A DNA stretch of 64,000 nucleotides from Cyanobacteriota bacterium (GTDB lineage: Bacteria > Cyanobacteriota > Vampirovibrionia > Gastranaerophilales > UBA9971). The translations under genes and the position numbers were made by a program. The notes beneath the pieces are model-generated. The model saw only the letters and a program-made list of their open reading frames with translations, did no database searches and was not told the origin of the DNA. The stretch lies in the NCBI GenBank assembly GCA_022703625.1, contig JAKLDH010000001.1:12157-76156 (forward strand), in the 5' to 3' direction. Below are positions 55,723 through 63,701 of this stretch, one piece after another; the stretch's first letter is position 1, and every line of letters starts with the position of its first letter.

Positions 55723-56766
55723 TTGGAAGTGATTTTTTCTGGAATCGAAATTTTAGTTGTGTTGATACTCATAGTGCTTGCCTGTATTGTGTTTACCAAC
55801 GCTGTTGAACATCTTGGAGAAGAACTTAATTTGTCGGAAGGAGCGGTTGGAAGTGTCCTTGCCGCAGTAGGAACAGCTTTGCCGGAAACTTTAGTTCCTC
55901 TTGTCGCTATTATTGGAGCTTATGTTGGCGGTTCAAGCATTTCAACAGGAGAAGAAATCGGTATAGGAGCAATTCTTGGAGCGCCTTTTCTGCTTGGCAC
56001 TTTAGCGTTTTTTGTTACAGGAGCCGCTGTTATATTATTTGCCCGCGCAGGAAGACGAAATAAAGACATGCCGGTTAATACCGTCATTATGTTCAGGGAT
56101 TTGCATTACTTTGCAATTGCTTATTCCGTTTCTGTTTTTAGCTCTTTTATACCTTATAAACCTTTAAAATATTTAATGGCGGGACTATTGCTGGTCATTT
56201 ATCTTATTTACGTTATCAAAACTATACGAACAGAATGTAAATCGGAAGAATGCTCATTAGAAGACCTTGAACCGTTATATTTGATTAATTTAGCGAGATT
56301 TCCCTCCAGATTTAAGCTTCAAGCCATCATTTTTCAATTTTTACTTGCCTTGGGAGGCATTATTGTTCTTGCGCATATTTTTGTTGAACACATAAAATTT
56401 ATTTCCGAAGTTTTCCATATTAACCCGCTTATTTTAAGCCTTATTATTGCTCCGATTGCAACAGAACTTCCCGAAAAATTTAATAGCGTAATCTGGATAA
56501 AAAACAAAAAAGATACTCTTGCAATGGGAAATATAACCGGCGCAATGGTTTTTCAAAGCTGTATCCCAACAGCAGTAGGTTTATGCCTTACCCCATGGGT
56601 TCTTGATTCAACGGCATGGGTAAATATAATAATCGTATATTTGTCTGTAGCCGTAGTTTATATTAATATTGTCTTGAATAAAGGAATTTTAAAACCTTAT
56701 GCGTTAATCAGCGGAGGCTTTTTCTATTTAATATTTCTTGGTTATATAGGATATAAAATTTTTTAA
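55723..56766 (+). CDS. sodium/calcium exchanger (CaCA, YrbG-like) membrane protein
   Basis: About 10 TM helices. Alpha-repeat-like 'GAVGSVLAAVGTALPE' and 'GNITGAMVFQ'. TTG start after GGAGG. Confidence 0.8.
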   Translation: MEVIFSGIEILVVLILIVLACIVFTNAVEHLGEELNLSEGAVGSVLAAVGTALPETLVPLVAIIGAYVGGSSISTGEEIGIGAILGAPFLLGTLAFFVTGAAVILFARAGRRNKDMPVNTVIMFRDLHYFAIAYSVSVFSSFIPYKPLKYLMAGLLLVIYLIYVIKTIRTECKSEECSLEDLEPLYLINLARFPSRFKLQAIIFQFLLALGGIIVLAHIFVEHIKFISEVFHINPLILSLIIAPIATELPEKFNSVIWIKNKKDTLAMGNITGAMVFQSCIPTAVGLCLTPWVLDSTAWVNIIIVYLSVAVVYINIVLNKGILKPYALISGGFFYLIFLGYIGYKIF

Positions 56767-56808
56767 AATGACTTTTATTATAAAATATACTAATCTGGAA
56801 AAATTATA

Positions 56809-58326
56809 ATGAGTAATAAACAATTTAAAAAAATCGTTGATTATTTTGTAAACAGAGGAATGCTCTATTACAATTCAGAAAATTTTGACCTTGCGCTTGA
56901 ATGTTTTAAAAAAGTGTCGCAAATTGATTCTGAATACGCATGGGCATATTTTTACGCTGGTCAGGCTTTGTATAAACTAAAACGCTTTGAAGAGTCTGTA
57001 GAAAACTTTTTAAAGGCAATAGAGCTTGATTCTTCAGAATCAGATTTCTATAAATGGCTTGCAAATACTTATAAACGAAACGAAGATTACGAAAAAGCCA
57101 TTTTTAACTATAAAAAAGCTTTCCAGCTAAACCCTAAAGACTATTGGACAAGTTATGAAATCGCAGACATAAATTATATTCTGGAAAAATACGATCAGGC
57201 ATTAATTAATCTTAGAAAAGCCATTATGATTAAACCTGATTTCCCGCTGGCATATAACAAAATTGGAGCTATTGAATATTCAAGAAGCAATTTTGAAGCG
57301 GCAATTAAGAATTTTGAAAGAGCTGTCAGCTTAAATAATCAAAACCCTGATTTTTATTATAAGCTTGGAATAAGTCATTTTCAGCTTGGGCAATTAGATG
57401 AAGCGGAGAAAAATTTTAAAAACGCGTTAATTTTTGACAGTAAAAACATTTCTTCTTACGCTTATCTTGCAAATATTGCATCTCGCAAAAATGAATTTGA
57501 CGCCGCAATAAAATATTTTAAACAAGCTATTTTGATTTATCCCGATTCCGCTTCTCTTAATTCAAGTCTTGGCAAAGTTTATTTGCAGAAAAATGAACTT
57601 CCTAAAGCGATTAAGTGTTTTGAAAAAGCGTTTAATCTTAATGATAAAGATATAAACCTTTTTTTAATTTTAGTGAATTTGTACAGCAGAACCCGTAAAT
57701 ATGAATCCGCAATCTCCCTTTCCTTTAGATTTCTGGAAAAAGACTCTAATGATTCCAATAAATTGCCTATCTATAAAAATCTTGGCTTAATTTATTTTGA
57801 AATAGCCAAATTTGAAGAAGCGGTTGAATATTTTAACAAAGCTCTGGAGTTGCAGCAGAACGATAACGGCATTATATTAACGCTGGGATTTTTATATTTA
57901 GAAAAAGAAGAGCCTGAAAAAGCGCTTGAATGTTTTAACAAGCTGGCTGAAAACAGTCCTGACGATCCGAATCTGCATATTGGTTTTGCTTGCTACTTTA
58001 CAGATACGGGAAATTTTAAAGAAGCCGTTAAATCTCTTAGAAATGCCAGAAAACTTAATTCTGAAAAAAGCGCGCTTTATTTTTATACAGGATATTATTT
58101 TCTAAAAAGAAAAAAAACTGATATTTCAGTTAAAATCCTGACAAAATCCGCATTAATAAACCCCTACAGCCATTATACATATTATTATCTGGGGCAGGCT
58201 TTTTTAAAGCTCGGCAGAGAAAGAGAAGCGTTAAAAAGTTTTGAGAAAGCTGTTTCGCTTAATAAATACAGGAAAAAATACAAATTAAGCCTTGAAAGTT
58301 TAGGAAAACCCTCAGAAATTATTTAA
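56809..58326 (+). CDS. TPR-repeat protein
   Basis: About 12 tandem TPR-like units (A..Y/F..G....A...F..A). Confidence 0.8.
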   Translation: MSNKQFKKIVDYFVNRGMLYYNSENFDLALECFKKVSQIDSEYAWAYFYAGQALYKLKRFEESVENFLKAIELDSSESDFYKWLANTYKRNEDYEKAIFNYKKAFQLNPKDYWTSYEIADINYILEKYDQALINLRKAIMIKPDFPLAYNKIGAIEYSRSNFEAAIKNFERAVSLNNQNPDFYYKLGISHFQLGQLDEAEKNFKNALIFDSKNISSYAYLANIASRKNEFDAAIKYFKQAILIYPDSASLNSSLGKVYLQKNELPKAIKCFEKAFNLNDKDINLFLILVNLYSRTRKYESAISLSFRFLEKDSNDSNKLPIYKNLGLIYFEIAKFEEAVEYFNKALELQQNDNGIILTLGFLYLEKEEPEKALECFNKLAENSPDDPNLHIGFACYFTDTGNFKEAVKSLRNARKLNSEKSALYFYTGYYFLKRKKTDISVKILTKSALINPYSHYTYYYLGQAFLKLGREREALKSFEKAVSLNKYRKKYKLSLESLGKPSEII

Positions 58327-58330
58327 CTTA

Positions 58331-58528
58331 TACCAAGTTGCAATCAAAGCCTAATCGTCATTGCGAGGCATAAAATCAGGAATATAAGTTATTAATGTAT
58401 TTTCGAAGCAATCTTCCTGCTTGGAATGATTGAAAGAAGATTGCTTCGCAAGTTAATTGCCAAAGTATACCCCTAACTTTAAGGCTCGCAATGACGGGAA
58501 AAAGTTATATATTGATTGCAACTTAGTA
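58331..58528 (+). mobile_element. family-A shell carrying family-D cargo
   Basis: TIRs TACCAAGTTGCAATCAA / TTGATTGCAACTTAGTA flanked by TTA (58328-30) and TTA (58529-31). Interior is CGTCATTGCGAGG ... GCTCGCAATGACG arms. Starts 4 nt after the TPR stop. Confidence 0.75.
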
Positions 58529-58654
58529 TTAGTATATTCCTCTGAATATATGATTTTTAAACCAACAAAGTTTTTATAAAAGCGATTAATACTAAAATAA
58601 TAATTATTTGTCTAAAATTTTTTAAAAAATCAAAACAAAAAGGGGGATATTAAA

Positions 58655-59275
58655 TTGACAAAAGTTATTGCGGCGCAAAGACTGGCGGAAATAGAAGCAG
58701 TTGCAAGCAAAGTGCAGGGCTGGCTGGCAAATCAGGCGGGACGAACTCTTTATCAAATGATAATTCAATATTCGCCTAATAATACGATTGTCGAACTGGG
58801 GGCATGGAAAGGGCGCTCAACAGTCTGGATGGCTAATGGGGTAAAAGATAGAGGCGATAACGGCTTGTTATACTCTGTTGATACCTGGCAAGGAACTCAA
58901 AATGAAGCTGTACATAAAGAAATGTTGAAAAATTATTCTGACGATCAGTTATTTGAAGAATTTTTGGCAAATATAAATAATGCGGGAATATCTGAATATG
59001 TAAAACCAATCAGGTCAACAACGATTGAAGCCGCCAAGAATTGGTCTTTGGACAAGCCTATTGGTTTGTTGTTAATAGATGCGGATCATGAATATAAAGC
59101 GGCAAGAAAAGATTTTGAATACTGGAGCCCTATGGTTGCAGACGAGGGTTTTATCGTTTTTGACGATGTTCCGGCATGGCCGGGACCGACAAAACTTATA
59201 ACGCAGTTGCCCCATTGGTATGAACAGGTTGCTGTAAGTCAGGGACAATGGATCGTTCAAAAAAGAGCTTTCTAA
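58655..59275 (+). CDS. class I SAM-dependent methyltransferase (Methyltransf_24/CmcI-like)
   Basis: 'IVELGAWKGRSTVWMA' SAM-binding loop and 'LLLIDADHEY'. The first 100 nt are 50% G+C (hand count), versus 26% for the first 100 nt of the neighbouring TPR gene. Confidence 0.7.
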   Translation: MTKVIAAQRLAEIEAVASKVQGWLANQAGRTLYQMIIQYSPNNTIVELGAWKGRSTVWMANGVKDRGDNGLLYSVDTWQGTQNEAVHKEMLKNYSDDQLFEEFLANINNAGISEYVKPIRSTTIEAAKNWSLDKPIGLLLIDADHEYKAARKDFEYWSPMVADEGFIVFDDVPAWPGPTKLITQLPHWYEQVAVSQGQWIVQKRAF

Positions 59276-59291
59276 TCGCTCAAGCGTAAGC

Positions 59292-59363
59292 GGAAGAGTA
59301 TTTAATGCAGGTTTTTGCCGGCGCAGCCGGCAAAAACCTTATCAAAAAATAGCGCTCTTTGCC
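59292..59363 (+). repeat. family-A right-half fragment
   Basis: GGAAGAGTATTTAATGCAGGTTTTTGCCGGCGCAGCCGGCAAAAACCTTATCAAAAAATAGCGCTCTTTGCC parallels 53070-53135. Confidence 0.55.
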
Positions 59364-59365
59364 TA

Positions 59366-59465
59366 TACTAATCAATTTTAAAAACTGTTAAATAAAAAGA
59401 TGATTTTTGTAAAGCCTTAATTAGCAGCTTTTTAACCAATTAACGAAAATTTATTTGGATTGGTA
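59366..59465 (-). mobile_element. family-B MITE, internally deleted (no GC hairpins)
   Basis: TACTAAT...ATTGGTA flanked by TA (59364-65) and TA (59466-67). 100 bp; both ends match B, and the middle is missing. Confidence 0.7.
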
Positions 59466-59472
59466 TAAATTT

Positions 59473-60342
59473 TTAAGGAATCATCTGATCAACAGTCATA
59501 ATAAGTATTCCGGTTGCTCCGAGCTGTTTTAGTTTATTAATATTTTCATAAAGATTTTTTTTATTAACAACAACATGTATGGCGACCTCGTCGTCGTTAT
59601 CCAGCAACCTTACAACGGTAGGGGATTTTAAGCCTGGAATTATTTGTTTAACTTCTCCAAGAGCTTGTCTTGGAATATTTGCCATGAGATATTTCTTTTC
59701 ATCAGCGTCAAGAGCTGATTTAATCGCTCTTACAAAAGCTTCCAGCTTTTCGGAATGCTCTTGTTTAAGTCCCGGTCTTGCGATTATAACAGCGTTTGAT
59801 GTCATAATTTCAGCGATAATTTTTAAATTATTGGTTTTTAATGTTGATCCGCTTGAAGTTATGTCTACAATAACATCCGCAAGCCCTAATTTTGGGGTAA
59901 TTTCAGTTGCTCCGCGCACTTCTGTCACATGAATTTTTTTATTTAATTTTTCAAAATATTTCTTTGTTATGTTAGGAAAGGAGGTAGCGATTTTAATATT
60001 GTCAGAAAGCTCTTCAGCGCTATTTACAGGGGATTCTTCTTTTGCGGCAACCACCATTTTGCAGGAGCCGAAATTAAGTTCCATAATTTCTTCAACGTCC
60101 ACGCAGCTTTCTGCGACAACGTCCTGCCCGGTAACTCCCAGATCAGCAACTCCGCTATTTACAAAGTTAGGAATATCCTGAGTTCTTACAAAAACCATTG
60201 TATAATTTCCGTCATGAGTTGTGGCATATAGTTTTCTGTCGCTTTTTGTTATTGACAAACCTGCTCTGTTAAAAAGATCAAACATGTCGTCAAAAAGTCT
60301 GCCTTTATTTGGCGCAGCAATTTTTAAACCGCATTTATTCAT
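59473..60342 (-). CDS. hisG: ATP phosphoribosyltransferase (long form)
   Basis: 'LKIAAPNKGRL' N-terminus, 'DITSSGSTLKTN' and a C-terminal regulatory domain. No other his genes are nearby. Confidence 0.9.
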   Translation of the reverse strand: MNKCGLKIAAPNKGRLFDDMFDLFNRAGLSITKSDRKLYATTHDGNYTMVFVRTQDIPNFVNSGVADLGVTGQDVVAESCVDVEEIMELNFGSCKMVVAAKEESPVNSAEELSDNIKIATSFPNITKKYFEKLNKKIHVTEVRGATEITPKLGLADVIVDITSSGSTLKTNNLKIIAEIMTSNAVIIARPGLKQEHSEKLEAFVRAIKSALDADEKKYLMANIPRQALGEVKQIIPGLKSPTVVRLLDNDDEVAIHVVVNKKNLYENINKLKQLGATGILIMTVDQMIP

Positions 60343-60411
60343 CGTTTATTATCCTTTTATGTTTTGTTTCAATAAATAATTATACATTTAAAATTAAGAT
60401 TATTAAACTTA

Positions 60412-60497
60412 TACCAATTTTAATAAGTTTTCGTTAAGCGGTTAAAAAGCTGCTACTTACAGCACATGCCGCCCTGAGCGCAACCCGTTACCCTGTT
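60412..60497 (+). repeat. family-B element, truncated and degenerate
   Basis: TA-TACCAATTTTAATAAGTTTTCGTTAAGCGGTTAAAAAGCTGCTACTTACAGC..., then loss of similarity. Confidence 0.55.
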
Positions 60498-60604
60498 AAA
60501 ACTTTTTTATGAGGCTCGCAGGCAAAGCCTGCGAGCCTCATGGTTTTTCGAAGGCGTAGCGGCTGGCGAAGCCAGCCGCTACGCCAAATATAAAATTATT
60601 TATT
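60498..60604 (-). repeat. family-F core, reversed and truncated, host of the next B insertion
   Basis: TTTTTTATGAGGCTCGCAGGCAAAGCCTGCGAGCCTCATGG...GGCGTAGCGGCTGGCGAAGCCAGCCGCTACGCCAAATATAAAATTATTTAT. Its matching F terminus TTAGCAACTCAGGTT resumes at 60826-60840, after B8. Confidence 0.6.
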
Positions 60605-60606
60605 TA

Positions 60607-60822
60607 TACCAATCTAAATAAATTTTCGTTAATTGATTAAAAAGCTGATATTTACAGCCCGCGCCGCGGGCAGGGCGGCGCGGGCAGGGTAAGGGTATAG
60701 CGGATGTTTCGTTGCGCAAGCGGGAGTTTTAACTCATTCATGCTGCGAAGCCGAAACATCCGCTAATTAAGGCTTTACAAAAATCATATTTTTCATTTGC
60801 CGATTTCTTTTAATGATTGGTA
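60607..60822 (+). mobile_element. family-B MITE, long subtype, nested near the end of the F element
   Basis: TACCAAT...ATTGGTA flanked by TA (60605-06) and TA (60823-24). Has the same ~35-nt loop insertion (GCGCAAGCGGGAGTTTTAACTCATTCATGCTG) as B1. Confidence 0.8.
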
Positions 60823-60965
60823 TATTTAGCAACTCAGGTTAATATCATAAAATAATGCACTACTTACATGATAATTAAAGTTAATTCATTTGATATAATA
60901 ATTTGAAAAGTTTATAAAAAAGTAAGTATTAACTTTTGTAACGCGCTTATAATGAGGAACCGTTC

Positions 60966-62840
60966 ATGTTTGAAAAAAATATACAGGCGATAAAAATAAA
61001 AAATCCTGAGTTTGCGGAAAAGATTAAAGGCATTGATTTTGACTTGATTAAAGATCAAATTACTGTTGCAGAAGCTGAAAGTCAGGATTTAATCATAGGC
61101 TATAAAGGAATAGCGCTTCATAGCATGGTTGATCCGATAAGAGAAGCCCGAGCTATATGGAATAAAACGGTTAAGTCAGACTTAAAAAAGACTGATACAC
61201 AGATTGTATTTGGATTAGGACTGGGGTATTTGTTTAAAAGAGCCTATTTAAACGCCAATTCAAGGATTTTCCTTATTGAACCCGTTTTGGAAATATTAAG
61301 GTTTGTTTTGGAACATGTCGATTTATCAACAGAATTAGCGGATGAAAGAGTTTATATTACTGATAATATTAAGGATGCAACAAACAGATTGCAGAAAATG
61401 TATTTACAAGGGGATAAGGTGGAATTCATTTTGCTTCCAGCGTATACTTCTTTAGCTAAAGACACCCTTGAAGAGCTTTCAGTCAAAGTGATAAACGTTA
61501 TTGAAGGCAAATCTTCTGACGTTAACACTATTTTCAAGCTTGCGCCTCGCTGGATGAGAAATTTTATAAAGAACCTCCCGTTTTTCGCTGATTTCAGACC
61601 GCTAGGCTTTTTTAAGGACAAATTTGTCGACAAAACAGCCCTAATCATTGCGGCAGGACCAAGTTTGGTCGAAAATATAGATAAAATCAAGCAAAACAAG
61701 GATAAATTCATAACCATTTGCGCGGCAAAAGCCCTTAAAACATTGGCGGAAAATGACATTATTCCTGACTTCGTAACTTTTGCGGACGCCGGAGGCTTTC
61801 AGGGGCAAGTTAAAGGCGTTGAAAGCATACTTGAAAAAACCAATATAATATTGACCTCAAAATCTGATCATACTGCAATCAAGATGAAAACGAAGTCTAA
61901 AATCCTGTATTTGCCTGAAACAGAACCGTTTTCAAATTTATTTCAGAAATATTCCAAGACAGACCCTGGAATTTATAAATCTGCAAGTAGTATATCAATC
62001 ATAAATTACTTTATTGCCAAAACCTTAGGCTTTAATAATATAGCATTTGTGGGACTTGACCTGTCTTTTCCTGACAATAAGCTTTATTCAACCGGAGAAA
62101 CGCTTGAAACAACCGAAGACGGCTTTATAAAAATGGAAGGAATGAAATCTTTCAATAGAACAGTAAAATACACAAAAGACAAAAACGGCATGGAGATTGC
62201 CACTAGGGATGATTACCTCTTGTTTATAAGACAATTTGAAGAAATTTTTGAAGAAGAAACGAGTTTATCAAAAGTTGTTAATACTTCTGTCAAAGGCGCT
62301 TATATCAATGGGATGGCTTATTTCGGTTTTGATGAATTCTTGCGGGAACTGCCTTCTCAGGCGATCAATGTTGACGAAATGCTTTCTGATAGTGATAATA
62401 GCGTTGCAAACGATTGGAATAACTGCTTGAAAGCAGTCTTTAATGAACTTTATAGTCAAAAAGAAGCTATAAATGAAGTAAAAGAAGAATCAGAGCTTCT
62501 TATCAACAGTATTCATAAGTTTATCGACATAATGGAAAAAGAAACCGGCATTTTTCTTAGAGGCGAAAAACTAAGTAAATTACAGCAAAACGTCATAAAA
62601 ATACGCAAAAAAATAATGGAAAGCTTGACTTTGCAAATTTCTCTACAAGGCATATTGTGGGAGTATTCCAAAAACTATAAAACAGATAATTTGGCGAATA
62701 AAGACGTTATGCTGAACAATTTAAAAGAAGATGAAAAACTGTTTATAAGCGCAGCCAAACATTCCGCCAAAATTTTAACTAATTTGGAAGAATCCTTTAA
62801 AATAATGGAAGAAAAAACAGCAACTTCGCTTATAAATTAA
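60966..62840 (+). CDS. maf: motility accessory factor (Maf/DUF115-type flagellin glycosylation protein)
   Basis: 624 aa. Central DUF115-like 'TALIIAAGPSL...ICAAKALKTL...' region. Size and layout resemble Campylobacter/Helicobacter Maf proteins. Confidence 0.7.
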   Translation: MFEKNIQAIKIKNPEFAEKIKGIDFDLIKDQITVAEAESQDLIIGYKGIALHSMVDPIREARAIWNKTVKSDLKKTDTQIVFGLGLGYLFKRAYLNANSRIFLIEPVLEILRFVLEHVDLSTELADERVYITDNIKDATNRLQKMYLQGDKVEFILLPAYTSLAKDTLEELSVKVINVIEGKSSDVNTIFKLAPRWMRNFIKNLPFFADFRPLGFFKDKFVDKTALIIAAGPSLVENIDKIKQNKDKFITICAAKALKTLAENDIIPDFVTFADAGGFQGQVKGVESILEKTNIILTSKSDHTAIKMKTKSKILYLPETEPFSNLFQKYSKTDPGIYKSASSISIINYFIAKTLGFNNIAFVGLDLSFPDNKLYSTGETLETTEDGFIKMEGMKSFNRTVKYTKDKNGMEIATRDDYLLFIRQFEEIFEEETSLSKVVNTSVKGAYINGMAYFGFDEFLRELPSQAINVDEMLSDSDNSVANDWNNCLKAVFNELYSQKEAINEVKEESELLINSIHKFIDIMEKETGIFLRGEKLSKLQQNVIKIRKKIMESLTLQISLQGILWEYSKNYKTDNLANKDVMLNNLKEDEKLFISAAKHSAKILTNLEESFKIMEEKTATSLIN

Positions 62841-62937
62841 TTTCAAGAGTTCTCTAAACAATTTTTCAGGGTCTTTTGTTTTTATATCTATATAAAGGGT
62901 TTTGCGGTTTTTGGAAATAGGGGAAAAACAAACTTAC

Positions 62938-63492
62938 ATGCAGCAAAAAACGACTATTTGGAATATAATTTTGGATATAATCATAAAAATTTTCGCTTAT
63001 ATTTATGATTTTCTGTTCAATTGGGAAGATGAACCCTATCAGGAAGAGGATTTTCTGGAAAAGGAGAAAGCAAAACTTTCTGCTGTAAAACAAGATACCC
63101 CTTTTTCCGGGAATACATCCGAAAATAATTTTACTGTAAGCATTAATAATCCTAATAGAAACGATTTTGAAACTTTAAAATCCGCTTTTGGCATACAAAC
63201 CGCCAATTATATTTATAAATTAAGAGAAGAAGTTGATTATCTTGTAAAAGAACATAATCTTACGCAGGAAAATTCAATAATGATAGTCATTCCTCCTGAA
63301 AAAATGAAGACAAGCCTTTTAGGTCCTGAATTTTTCGAGTCTACTTTTGAAAGAATCTATTCTCAATATGATAAAGATGTAATTTTAAAGCCGGGTAAAT
63401 TTAAAATAATACATAATAAAGCAGGCGCATTTTATGCGGAAATAAGGGTGGATGCTTATACAGTTACTCAGGAGCTTTTGGTTTCTATATAA
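62938..63492 (+). CDS. hypothetical membrane-anchored protein (184 aa)
   Basis: N-terminal hydrophobic helix 'IWNIILDIIIKIFAYIY'. Start is uncertain (ORF open from 62902). Confidence 0.5.
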   Translation: MQQKTTIWNIILDIIIKIFAYIYDFLFNWEDEPYQEEDFLEKEKAKLSAVKQDTPFSGNTSENNFTVSINNPNRNDFETLKSAFGIQTANYIYKLREEVDYLVKEHNLTQENSIMIVIPPEKMKTSLLGPEFFESTFERIYSQYDKDVILKPGKFKIIHNKAGAFYAEIRVDAYTVTQELLVSI

Positions 63493-63701
63493 TTTGAGTT
63501 GCTAAAAGTTTTTTCAATCGTCATTCTGAGGGTTTTAACCCGAAGAATCTTGTTGTATACAAGCCATGAGATGTTTCGCTTCGCTCAACATGACGCATTC
63601 ATGCCATGAGATCCTTTGCTTCGCTCAACATGACGCATTCATGCCATGAGATGTTTCGCTTCGCTCAGGATGACAGTTTTGGCTATTTAGCGACTCAAGT
63701 T
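63491..63701 (+). mobile_element. family-F shell carrying family-D hairpins
   Basis: TIRs AATTTGAGTTGCTAA (63491-63505) and TTAGCGACTCAAGTT (63687-63701). The right TIR overlaps the HD-GYP stop codon (63700-02). Confidence 0.65.
63563..63675 (+). repeat. 40-bp tandem repeat (2.8 copies) of a D-type hairpin
   Basis: GCCATGAGATGTTTCGCTTCGCTCAACATGACGCATTCAT at 63563 and 63603 (3 mismatches), and a partial copy at 63643. Confidence 0.8.

Noticed and set aside
63563-63675. Possible small CRISPR array (regular 40-bp repeats)
   Set aside because: The units are contiguous with no spacers. There are only 2.8 copies, they match the D-type hairpin family, and no cas genes are present.
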